From positions 92,610 through 156,609 of IMG/VR virus record IMGVR_UViG_3300036774_000066: a stretch of DNA of 64,000 bases, one strand, 5' to 3'. The number at the start of each line of letters is the position of its first letter. The first letter of the stretch is position 1. The translations under genes were made by a program, and so were the position numbers. This document shows, piece after piece, positions 36,857 to 45,988 of the stretch. Source of the DNA: a virus. A model generated the notes under the pieces. It had not been told where the DNA came from. It worked only from the letters and a program-made list of their open reading frames with translations, and did not search any database.

Positions 36857-37554
36857 TAAGCTGCCCTTCCTCCAGAGATAAACTTGTCAAAATCTGTCCC
36901 TACTGTCAACTCAGCAACTTTCGTTCTTGCAGAAGCTACAAACTTAGGATTTATCGCTGCTAACCCCAAATTATCATTATTCAAAACTCCATTAAACGAA
37001 ACAGGAATATCACTTATTACTCCAAGAGTAATACTACACTCTGCAACCATAGGAAGCAATGTATGTACAGGCTTACTTGGTACATCTACATCTTCTTGCA
37101 AAACCTCCCAAGGAGTACGATATGTAGGTGTAGCTTCCTTCAAAATACACATCTTCGCAAGAAAATCTCCAAACACAAATAAAACCTTTGGAGGTCGGTA
37201 AGAAATTCCTTGATACACAATCGGATACTTCAAAGACCTTAGAAAATTTACCTTTGACACAACATCATCAAACACATTCCTATATGCAAAGAACTGCAAT
37301 GTAAAAGAAAGTTCTTCCGCAGATGTACTTTGATAAACCTGATAAGGTGCCCATCTTCCTACAATGTCAATATCATTATATGTAGCTTCCGCACCAGAAT
37401 GAGAAATCTCTTCCGGCAAATATGTAAACCCAAGTTTGTAAAAAGGAAAAAATTCTCTTAACTTCTTTGGATAATTCCGATCAATCAAAAGGTATGCCCT
37501 TGCCTCGTGCTCGGCACGCCCAAAAGATTCTCCGCCAGTCAAAGCACTTGACAT
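36856..37554 (-). CDS. Tail tube initiator-like protein
   Basis: LPEEIS...IVGRWAPYQVY...LSFTLQF...RPPKVLFVFG. Confidence 0.7.
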   Translation of the reverse strand: MSSALTGGESFGRAEHEARAYLLIDRNYPKKLREFFPFYKLGFTYLPEEISHSGAEATYNDIDIVGRWAPYQVYQSTSAEELSFTLQFFAYRNVFDDVVSKVNFLRSLKYPIVYQGISYRPPKVLFVFGDFLAKMCILKEATPTYRTPWEVLQEDVDVPSKPVHTLLPMVAECSITLGVISDIPVSFNGVLNNDNLGLAAINPKFVASARTKVAELTVGTDFDKFISGGRAA

Positions 37555-37569
37555 AGGAAACTCCGTCTA

Positions 37570-40224
37570 TTACCAATAAGAAACACCAAGAGAAGCCAAA
37601 GGAACACCTCCTGATGTAACTCCCCCACTCTTTTTCTTCTTTTGTAAATCAAGCTGCTGCTGATTTACTTTTCTCAAAGCATCGACTCTTTTTTCTACTC
37701 CAGACATATCTACATTTACAAGGACATCTTTACCCTGCTCCTTTACAACAGCAGATTTTCCCATATCTGCCCTAACAGCCTGGACATCTACTTCCTTCTT
37801 TCCAAATAATCCTGTCCATACATTACCAATATCTTTCATCTCTCCACCCATCAACCTACCAAACTCTTTCGGGGTAATCTGACCGGACACCAACCCTATT
37901 ACACCTCCAATTAAAGAAGCAGCAGAACCAATTATCTTAACAATGGATATAATAGTTCCGGCCACAGCCTTCAAAGCTACAACTAAAATATCTAATACCT
38001 GTACAACTCCTGTAGACACAAGTGAGGCAAACCAAGTTAAAGAATCACCAAGCCACTTAAAATTATCCCCCATTGCTCCTTTTCCAAAAGTATCTGCCAT
38101 AAACTTAGTAATAGTATCCCATAGCTGCATAAAACTAAGCCGCAACTGCTCCAATGCAATCCTGAAAGGTAAAGAGTTCTTATATGCAACAACAAAAAAA
38201 TCGGCCAACGTCATTATCAACCCAATAACACCCCCAAGTTTCAGTAACTTAAACAGTTTTGGTATCCATGAAAACAACCCTTTCATCCAAGGCATACTCT
38301 TAAATAATCCAGTAAATAGTCCTCCTGTAAATTTACTTGAAGCCTTAAAAGACTTAGCAAACGCTCCTGCTGACTTTTTACCTACTTTACCAAATATTCT
38401 CTCATACTCCTTATCATAAGTAGACAAAGAAATACTGCCTTTCTTACCAAAAAACTTACGAGGTTTAACCATAGATTCAAAAAAACTATTGAGTGCTCCC
38501 TTCAATCCCTTCTTTCCTCCCTTACCAAAAAGCATCTTAGTAACAAGCCCTGCCTCTCCCGCCTTTCCCACACCCTTAAAAAACCCAGAAAAAAGTTTAC
38601 TAACACCAGACATCCTAAACAAACTTAACCCGAAGAAAATAGACTCTAACATAGGAAGTAAACCTTCAAGAGCATTCACTATATTGTTAATCAAAGGAAG
38701 GGTCTTAGTAAATCTTGTCACTTGTATGTTAATCTGTTGCCATAAAGACTTTGACTTCATATTAGCCTTATTCAAAGCCTCATATCTTCCCGTAGCCTTA
38801 CCTAAAGAATGAGCTAATTGATCTGTAGCTTGCTTACCTTTTTTACCTCTTGCTGCTAAGTCAATTAAAGTCTCCTCTGAAACATTGAAAATCTGAGAAT
38901 AGACACTCCGCATCTGTGTAGCTGCAAGAGTATTCCCTTTTGTAGCCTCTCCTAAATTTGCTAACTTCTCCATTACTGCACCAGGATCACCCTCTGCCAA
39001 CTTTTTATTGACAAATTCAGCAGACAGACCAAATCTCTGCAAAGCAACCTTCGCCTCAAACGATCCAAAATTCACCTCCTTAATAACCTCGTTCAAAAGG
39101 TCAGCATCAAGACCAGCATTATACATCCCTGCTCCCATAGCAGCCATTGACTTAATAGCTTTTCCCATCTCCTCCGGTTTCCATATCCCTGTCATACTCT
39201 TAGATATATCTGCTGCTTTTTCAAGATACTCCGTTATATTACTCAATCCAATAGTAATACCTGTTGTTTTTTCTGCATCCCTAAAACCTTCCGACATATC
39301 AAGAACAAGCTGGTTTACATCATCCGCTGCCATCTCGGTATAAAAAGAAAGGTCTTTCGCAAACTTTGATAAGTTAGCTCCCTGAAAATCCTCTACAAGA
39401 CCCAAGGTTTTTGACAATTTAATTGCATCCTGCTCAGTCAACTCTGACTCTTTTCTTAAATCATACATATTCTCAAAGGTTCGCTCTATGTCATAACTTG
39501 CACCGTCAAAAGAAGTAATCAAGGCTTTTCTTGTTTGTAACATTTCATCTCTTGTTTGCCCAAAATGCTCCCGCAACTTTTTAGTAAGATCAACCATACT
39601 GGAAATATGAGTTTCCATATCTGCATATTCTGACTTTAGACTCCTTGCCACTTCTGAAACTTGTTCAAGACCTTCCCCGCCTTCATGCATACCTCGCATA
39701 TTCCGCATACCCATTCTCAAAGCTGTCGCTCCCAACCCTCCTCCGGGTATCGCTCCATGTGCCATAGGCAAAAGTTGGGGTAAAGCCCACTTCCAAAAAT
39801 CCCTATTTTTCTTCTTTCCCAAAGGTACAACCATCTCCGGTCCAGCTTCACCTATGAGAGCATGTGTAGGCTTATTTACAATTGCTCCCTTTTCCAAAGG
39901 AACAAGTTTCGGCAACCTACGCAACTTTACATCCACCTCAACCTTACCAAACTTTCCTCTTGACAACTGAGAAAAAGAGGCCATCAAGCCTACCGCCTGA
40001 TGACCTATTTCGACGTACTGTTCCATCTTGTTAATAATTCGATCCAACCCACCAGTAAACATACCTGTCTGGTTGGCCTTCTTGTAAGCCTCGTCCATTG
40101 ATGCTGTCAATTGACGATAAGCAGACGTAACTCTTTTCAAGTGTGGAGTCGCATCATCCACGAATGAAAGGAGAAACCCTACATTCGACATTCCAATTGC
40201 AGCAGTTCCCGCACCAGCAGGCAT
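37570..40224 (-). CDS. Tape measure protein
   Basis: Long helical Ala/Gly/Lys-rich protein after chaperones; PTHALIGEAGPEMVVPL motif; hydrophobic C-terminal stretches. Confidence 0.85.
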   Translation of the reverse strand: MPAGAGTAAIGMSNVGFLLSFVDDATPHLKRVTSAYRQLTASMDEAYKKANQTGMFTGGLDRIINKMEQYVEIGHQAVGLMASFSQLSRGKFGKVEVDVKLRRLPKLVPLEKGAIVNKPTHALIGEAGPEMVVPLGKKKNRDFWKWALPQLLPMAHGAIPGGGLGATALRMGMRNMRGMHEGGEGLEQVSEVARSLKSEYADMETHISSMVDLTKKLREHFGQTRDEMLQTRKALITSFDGASYDIERTFENMYDLRKESELTEQDAIKLSKTLGLVEDFQGANLSKFAKDLSFYTEMAADDVNQLVLDMSEGFRDAEKTTGITIGLSNITEYLEKAADISKSMTGIWKPEEMGKAIKSMAAMGAGMYNAGLDADLLNEVIKEVNFGSFEAKVALQRFGLSAEFVNKKLAEGDPGAVMEKLANLGEATKGNTLAATQMRSVYSQIFNVSEETLIDLAARGKKGKQATDQLAHSLGKATGRYEALNKANMKSKSLWQQINIQVTRFTKTLPLINNIVNALEGLLPMLESIFFGLSLFRMSGVSKLFSGFFKGVGKAGEAGLVTKMLFGKGGKKGLKGALNSFFESMVKPRKFFGKKGSISLSTYDKEYERIFGKVGKKSAGAFAKSFKASSKFTGGLFTGLFKSMPWMKGLFSWIPKLFKLLKLGGVIGLIMTLADFFVVAYKNSLPFRIALEQLRLSFMQLWDTITKFMADTFGKGAMGDNFKWLGDSLTWFASLVSTGVVQVLDILVVALKAVAGTIISIVKIIGSAASLIGGVIGLVSGQITPKEFGRLMGGEMKDIGNVWTGLFGKKEVDVQAVRADMGKSAVVKEQGKDVLVNVDMSGVEKRVDALRKVNQQQLDLQKKKKSGGVTSGGVPLASLGVSYW

Positions 40225-40227
40225 TTA

Positions 40228-40413
40228 TTAGCCCCTTCTTGACACGCGAGAATGTGGCTTACCCTTTGCAACCCTCATTGCATCATCCTCCTGCTTTTTC
40301 TCTTCCTTCTTAGTATCTGCCAACTTCTTATGAAGATACCTGAATCTCTCCCACGGTAAAGATTCAACCCACTCTGGATTGAACCTTCCATAATAGGTCA
40401 ACTCAAAAATCAT
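40228..40413 (-). CDS. Tail assembly chaperone downstream ORF (T-like), probably reached by frameshift
   Basis: Between chaperone and TMP; LPWERFRYL..L motif; no SD; frame open upstream to the T6 run. Confidence 0.7.
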   Translation of the reverse strand: MIFELTYYGRFNPEWVESLPWERFRYLHKKLADTKKEEKKQEDDAMRVAKGKPHSRVSRRG

Positions 40414-40432
40414 GTCATCAATATCTGATTGC

Positions 40433-41221
40433 TTACTGTCTTTTTCTTGGACGAAAAAACTCAGCCGTAAACGGCATCATCACCTCGTCCAGATAGCCGC
40501 ATTTTCGACATTCTGTGTTGACCATGAGAGAAATACCAGACTCTTTTTCTTCGACATCATTAGAAATCTCATTTATGTCTCCTGCATCCAACCCGGAGAC
40601 ATACTGCTCTTTCGCATAATAATCCAAGTCCGTCTTATCCCCCACAGCCTGAATCATGGTTGCTATTCGCATAATGAAAGATGGGTCAGAAGGGTCACTT
40701 GACTGCATCAACATCCGCTTTGCACTCTTAGAAATTGAGTTCTCGTCGCGCCCGCGCAAGAACCTGTATGTGATAATCTCCCCTGAATTGGGCAACTTCA
40801 ACTCAATAGGTTCCTTCACAGAAGAAGACATCTCTTTCGTCTTCAATTCCTTTGAAATATCAATCTCTTCCTTGTACTGCGCTCCACACGCATCACACTT
40901 CAAAGGGAAAGAGTAAATCGCACCCATTGACCGAGTACGCAAAATCAGGAGAACATACATACGATCTGTCAATAGAAAATCCACGGGGTCTATGGCGCAA
41001 TTGACAACGCAAGAAGAAATAATCGTATTCAACTTAATCATTGCATCACCACCGGGATTGTACAGGATCGAAAGTTCCCTTGCGGTCAAGGGACGAAGCA
41101 TGACTGTACCATCGGGAACCTTCCCGTCATACAAAAATCCCTTACTTGGCAACGTGATAGAAAATGTGTTGGAAGGAAGAGGAACTGAAGAAGACCTTGG
41201 AACTGCATTCTCAATAGACAT
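40433..41221 (-). CDS. T4 gp26-like hub / tail assembly chaperone
   Basis: LPSKGFLY, RPLTARE, DRMYVLLILR, two CxxC, PFTAEFFRP end. Confidence 0.85.
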   Translation of the reverse strand: MSIENAVPRSSSVPLPSNTFSITLPSKGFLYDGKVPDGTVMLRPLTARELSILYNPGGDAMIKLNTIISSCVVNCAIDPVDFLLTDRMYVLLILRTRSMGAIYSFPLKCDACGAQYKEEIDISKELKTKEMSSSVKEPIELKLPNSGEIITYRFLRGRDENSISKSAKRMLMQSSDPSDPSFIMRIATMIQAVGDKTDLDYYAKEQYVSGLDAGDINEISNDVEEKESGISLMVNTECRKCGYLDEVMMPFTAEFFRPRKRQ

Positions 41222-41273
41222 ACATAGCCCCTTTCTCAGAGTGAGAGTGATAACATAAAAACCATAGACAATC

Positions 41274-41310
41274 AAGGTGGAGTGATGATTAGGTAATCAC
41301 CACTCCACTT
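41274..41310. terminator. Hairpin after tail tube gene
   Basis: GTGGAGTGATGATTA / TAATCACCACTCCAC inverted repeat. Confidence 0.65.
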
Positions 41311-41319
41311 GACTTCTGA

Positions 41320-41880
41320 CTATATCGTAGGAACCAGATTCACCGCTGTCGCCGCCCTCGAAGCATAACACTTGTCCATAGAAATAGTCAAAGAAATCTT
41401 GACAGGCTCCGCTGAAGCCATATCAATCTGACCCGCATTGAACGTCGTCGGAAACATACCAATGCAAGACCAGAACCTATGAAACTGCTGATTCGGTCCA
41501 AACAATTCGATCTCACCACGCTTCTTATAGTTTCTGGCAAGACCAATGCGACCTGTCACAGGATCATAGACTTTTTCATGCCACAGCTTCAAGACCCGTG
41601 CCGTCCGCATGTCCACAAAGTCCTTGAACATCACCTCCATATCTTCAAAGGTGACAATTCCGGCAATCTTCCTTTTCTCATTCAAGAAGTTTGTCTCAAG
41701 AGCTTCCACTGTAGTCACGGGCAAAGGAAATGACTGAAGGGAAAGAGTAATAAGATGCTCTCCCCTGTCAACAATCACATTCTCAGCAAGATCAAAAATC
41801 CTGAGAATGGCATTGTTACCGCGCTGCTCTTCAAACGCCCCACCCTGCGCAGCTAAATGCGACGCGCTTAGATCATTCAT
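41320..41880 (-). CDS. Tail tube protein (T4 gp19-like)
   Basis: KIAGIVTFEDMEVMFKD, WHEKVYDPVTG, YKKRGEI, GMFPT; follows sheath. Confidence 0.9.
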   Translation of the reverse strand: MNDLSASHLAAQGGAFEEQRGNNAILRIFDLAENVIVDRGEHLITLSLQSFPLPVTTVEALETNFLNEKRKIAGIVTFEDMEVMFKDFVDMRTARVLKLWHEKVYDPVTGRIGLARNYKKRGEIELFGPNQQFHRFWSCIGMFPTTFNAGQIDMASAEPVKISLTISMDKCYASRAATAVNLVPTI

Positions 41881-41912
41881 AGCTTCCTCCGTTTAGTATA
41901 GAGTTTAGTAAA

Positions 41913-43772
41913 TTACTCTGAGAACTTGGCACCAGACGAGTAAAGGTTAAAATCAACAGTTAGGAACTCCGCCGTTCCCGTGGGCTTCAAAAGAATCTTC
42001 CCGTACATCTCACTTCTGTCAATCGCTGTCGCATCGGTCGTTGACGAATCACAAATCACTTTCACATCATCAAGACCTCTGCCCCTCTTTACCTCTTCCA
42101 CATACGGAGTAACAAGATTGATAAAAGTAGTCCACGTCAAGTCATCGTTCGGTTCAAAAACGAGATACCGAACAGAGGTAGAGATAACCTTCTCCAAATA
42201 CAGAAGCATCCGTCGAACATTCACCCGGTCAAGTTTTGTCGGACGATTCTGCAAGGTCCGCTGACCCCACACAGTAAAGCCAGTGGAGGGATCAGGGACA
42301 ATGACGTTGCAATTCGCTTTACGGTCATACAAGTAATCCACGTCAGGGTCCGTAGGAGTGAACTGAAGTCCCAAGGGTTGCGGATTCAACACACCCCGAT
42401 TCAAACCAGCAGGCGCAAACCATGTCGCTGCAACCGCGTCATTGTAAGCGTACCTTTGGGCAATGTATCCAGAAGGAGGAAGGATGACGTTTACGTTGTT
42501 GTAGACATCATCATCGACCACCCAAGGCCAGTACAGAGCACCGTATGAGGTATCCTTCGCCGGACCATTCGCTCCCTGTCTCCATGCAATGACCTGTTCC
42601 CGATTATAGCCCAACGGCGGATCAACAAGATAGAAGCAGTCCCGGCGAATGTTGCGACAAACATCATCCATTGCAACAATGATAGAATGGTATCTCGCAA
42701 GGTCAACGCGCGTCCCATCAATCTGCACACCCGGAACAGCAACAAGGTTCAAGTCAAGAATCTTGCTGTTTGACATTGCATAAACACCAGTCTGTGAAGC
42801 ATACGTTCCAGCATAGTCGATGGCATCACAATCAATCCCGTCATCTCCTCCTGCAAAAGTAAAGTTATTTACAGCAGGAGCAGTTGTCGGATGAGCAACA
42901 CTGTAAGGCAAAACTTCAATTACCACATTCGTAGAAATAGGATCACCCCTCCGACCCTCATTGATAACCCGAATAACAAAATTATCACTTGTCGGGTCAA
43001 GGCTTACCCCATGATAAGACTCCACAGCAACAAAAGCAGAGGAAAGTGTGTCCCATCCCTGCACAATGAAATCAAAATCATCAGCATCAGTAACATTCTG
43101 AATTGAAATCTGAATACGAGTATCCCCGGTATCTGCCCAAGTACCCGGAGAAGTTGCAGACACCCGTAGCAAGTCGTGTCCCAAACCATCATTGACAATA
43201 GCTTGAGAGATACCTGATTCAGAATAGCTACAATGGATATTATTAGTACCACTTTCAGGAGGATTCAAGAAACCATCACTCCCATCTCCAATGTCAAAAT
43301 CCCCTGTCTGGTAATCAATACTTCCAATATCATTCCCTGCCTCTACAAGTCTTCCCAAACCATTATCAGTTACATGATGCGTCCCTGTAAACGGATACGT
43401 AATATCAATCGTTGACGGTGTTATAGGAGAATTTGTCAAAGTTCCTGTAAATTTCTTCAGGCTTCCATTACCAGAACCAATAGCCTCATTCGGAATCTTC
43501 AGGTTTATCACCCTAACAAACACGCCCTGATTGCCAATCTTGAGAAACTGCTCCATCGCATACCACGCCTTATCCTTCCAAGCCGGATTCGGGTATCCAA
43601 GTTTCTTGACAAGTTCCGTAGGATTTGCAATAAGGTTACGATCATTAACCTTACCTTTTGCAGCACGTCCTACCACACCAAAAATCGTGGTCGAAAGTCT
43701 CTCTGCATACTGAGAGAAATCAAACTCACGAAACGCAACACCAGGGCTAAGAAGGGGATATGAATTTCCCAT
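41913..43772 (-). CDS. Tail sheath protein (T4 gp18-like)
   Basis: LSPGVAFREFD, ALYWPW, WFAPAGLNRG, VWGQRTL, RVNVRRML. Confidence 0.97.
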   Translation of the reverse strand: MGNSYPLLSPGVAFREFDFSQYAERLSTTIFGVVGRAAKGKVNDRNLIANPTELVKKLGYPNPAWKDKAWYAMEQFLKIGNQGVFVRVINLKIPNEAIGSGNGSLKKFTGTLTNSPITPSTIDITYPFTGTHHVTDNGLGRLVEAGNDIGSIDYQTGDFDIGDGSDGFLNPPESGTNNIHCSYSESGISQAIVNDGLGHDLLRVSATSPGTWADTGDTRIQISIQNVTDADDFDFIVQGWDTLSSAFVAVESYHGVSLDPTSDNFVIRVINEGRRGDPISTNVVIEVLPYSVAHPTTAPAVNNFTFAGGDDGIDCDAIDYAGTYASQTGVYAMSNSKILDLNLVAVPGVQIDGTRVDLARYHSIIVAMDDVCRNIRRDCFYLVDPPLGYNREQVIAWRQGANGPAKDTSYGALYWPWVVDDDVYNNVNVILPPSGYIAQRYAYNDAVAATWFAPAGLNRGVLNPQPLGLQFTPTDPDVDYLYDRKANCNVIVPDPSTGFTVWGQRTLQNRPTKLDRVNVRRMLLYLEKVISTSVRYLVFEPNDDLTWTTFINLVTPYVEEVKRGRGLDDVKVICDSSTTDATAIDRSEMYGKILLKPTGTAEFLTVDFNLYSSGAKFSE

Positions 43773-43787
43773 AAGTAAAACTCCTTA

Positions 43788-44036
43788 CTAAAGGGTTAAT
43801 CGACTCTTTTTCTTGCGCACAATCTTACTCTCTCCACCCGCGCCCGCACTCACTCCACCTGTCTCACCTGAATCAACTTTCGGCGGTACTACAACATCAG
43901 ACTTTTCCTCCTTTGCTTTGGTCAACTCAGGCTGAGTCTGCGGTTTCTCTTGTATTGTTTTTTCACCAGATTGGTGTTGATTGCTTGGGTCATCATAATG
44001 AATCATCCTACCATTTACCATGATTGACTTGAGCAT
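43788..44036 (-). CDS. Small low-complexity hypothetical protein
   Basis: AAGGAG SD. Confidence 0.6.
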   Translation of the reverse strand: MLKSIMVNGRMIHYDDPSNQHQSGEKTIQEKPQTQPELTKAKEEKSDVVVPPKVDSGETGGVSAGAGGESKIVRKKKSRLTL

Positions 44037-44045
44037 AAAATCTCC

Positions 44046-45329
44046 TTAGTAAGCACACTTATGATAGGAAACTCGCTTAGTTTCAAAAATCTTAAAATTA
44101 ATCATATCCTTTGAGTTTATCCTAACACTTATCACCTTGTCCAAAGAAGCAATAACAAAGGACTGTAGAAAATGTAAAGGAACTTTTGATGCAGGCATGA
44201 CAAACGTGAATAAAGGAACTCCCCCAACATTCAATATCTGTACCGACCACGTATTCTCCGAGATAAAAACTCCCTCAACCACGTAAGTCTCCGGCCACAC
44301 AGGAAACGAATGAGACACAAGGTAATCGTTCAACACATCAGCCGGGGCAAACATCATCCTTGGATTAACAAAACGCATCTCTCCCACATCCCTATCAAAA
44401 ACCTTGAAAAATGCATTCCCACTCGCGTTAATCAAGTGAATAGTCTCAGGTGGAGTACAGTTGTATGAAGAATAAACTACTGTATCTATTACATCCCAAG
44501 GAACCTCTTCGATATAGTCAGGAATATGTATAGTCTTAATTGAAGTAACTGAAGTAACACCATCACTTGCTGTTAAAGATGCAGTATATGTTCCTGGCCT
44601 CTGTTTGTACAAAGGAGGATTCTGCTCTGTAGAATTTCTACAGTCTCCAAAATCCCACAACCAAGAATTAGCTCCTTTACTTAGGTTAATAAATCTTGTT
44701 CCTACTGGAGTAGTTACTACGTTAAAATCAGCACTCAATGGAATTTCTGTGAAAATAACTATACTTACAAACTCGGAAACAGAAACAAGATCACTTACTA
44801 AATCGGCTCCCTCAATATCAATGCCAATAAACTCAGACACAACTACGAAGTCATCTACAAAAACAGACTCCTCAATGGTCAAGCTGACAACATTCGACCA
44901 AAACGACTCCAAGGAAAGACTTGTTACTCTGGCAAGAACACGGTAATAATAAGTATCGGCAAGGGGAACAACATCATCAAACGTAAGATTAGGACCAGAA
45001 TATACATTAACAGGGGATAAAAACAAGGCTGACGTATCTCGCTGAAGTAAATACTCATCCGAACCAGTGGACACTCCCCAAGTTACAGTTACAGTCAAAG
45101 GACCAGACTGAACAGCAGATATTAAAGCAGGAACAGGGACTACGTAAGAAGTAGTATACACATTGGGAGGAGAACTGGCATCTACAAACACAACATCTAA
45201 ATTATTAGTATCAATAAAGTTAGATAATTCATTCGATCTGGTGGCACTCCAATCAAGTACGGTAACTTCTGGAGAAGTATCGTTAATGTCTACAAACTGA
45301 AGTGCTTTAAGTCCAATAGTCATAATCAA
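44046..45329 (-). CDS. Virion protein with FN3 and PKD domains
   Basis: VTVTW...YLLQR...TYYYRVLA (FN3); SWLWDFGD...PGTYTASLT (PKD). Confidence 0.75.
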   Translation of the reverse strand: MIMTIGLKALQFVDINDTSPEVTVLDWSATRSNELSNFIDTNNLDVVFVDASSPPNVYTTSYVVPVPALISAVQSGPLTVTVTWGVSTGSDEYLLQRDTSALFLSPVNVYSGPNLTFDDVVPLADTYYYRVLARVTSLSLESFWSNVVSLTIEESVFVDDFVVVSEFIGIDIEGADLVSDLVSVSEFVSIVIFTEIPLSADFNVVTTPVGTRFINLSKGANSWLWDFGDCRNSTEQNPPLYKQRPGTYTASLTASDGVTSVTSIKTIHIPDYIEEVPWDVIDTVVYSSYNCTPPETIHLINASGNAFFKVFDRDVGEMRFVNPRMMFAPADVLNDYLVSHSFPVWPETYVVEGVFISENTWSVQILNVGGVPLFTFVMPASKVPLHFLQSFVIASLDKVISVRINSKDMINFKIFETKRVSYHKCAY

Positions 45330-45733
45330 TATGAGTATACAGTGAAAACTCTGATAGGTTTTTCTTCTTGGACGTAAACACTCACGTCAACTACACTTGA
45401 CGCAATATTCTTAGTTACATGAACAATCGGAGAAACCCCCGAAAATGGCTCTATCTCCAAAAGTGTAAGATTATTGTTGACATCTGTGTACCACAACCAA
45501 AACCTATCCGCATAAAAAACTCCCCCTAAGTCTAACGCACGAGAGACAGAAAACTTATTAACAACAAAATCAAATCTGTAAACAAAAGACCCCTCATATT
45601 CTTTAAGATATAGCCTGCCTCCGCTTTTGTACAAAGACCATGTAGACCCCTTAACAATGACATTATGAGGAAACGATTCTGACCCAGAACCTCCCTGAAA
45701 TAATTCCGTATTGTCAGTTACAGGTATACTCAT
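45326..45733 (-). CDS. Beta-rich virion protein, possibly the N-terminal part of the FN3/PKD gene
   Basis: ATGA coupling at start; overlaps next ORF. Confidence 0.55.
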   Translation of the reverse strand: MSIPVTDNTELFQGGSGSESFPHNVIVKGSTWSLYKSGGRLYLKEYEGSFVYRFDFVVNKFSVSRALDLGGVFYADRFWLWYTDVNNNLTLLEIEPFSGVSPIVHVTKNIASSVVDVSVYVQEEKPIRVFTVYSY

Positions 45734-45978
45734 TTTGGTACATTGGAAACGGCGTAATCCAATCCTACCACAAGCTGCTTCAATCGCTGTCCTTCCGGTG
45801 TTGTCATTGTAGAATCTGTCAACAATTCCTTCATTGCCCCGAGAAGATCGGTCTGAGCCTTGAAAAGTCCGTCAGCCATCTTCACCGGATCGAATGGGTC
45901 TTTCACTATTTCCGAAGACAAGGAAGCAGCATAAAAACCCACCTTTGACAACTCAGCAATAACAATGGCTTTGTCCAT
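45730..45978 (-). CDS. Hypothetical protein
   Basis: AAGGAG SD. Confidence 0.65.
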   Translation of the reverse strand: MDKAIVIAELSKVGFYAASLSSEIVKDPFDPVKMADGLFKAQTDLLGAMKELLTDSTMTTPEGQRLKQLVVGLDYAVSNVPK

Positions 45979-45988
45979 AATCTTCTCC

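Noticed and set aside
32583-43772. Stand-alone contractile injection system (eCIS/tailocin)
   Set aside because: Capsid, protease, neck and replication genes are contiguous, so this is a phage tail
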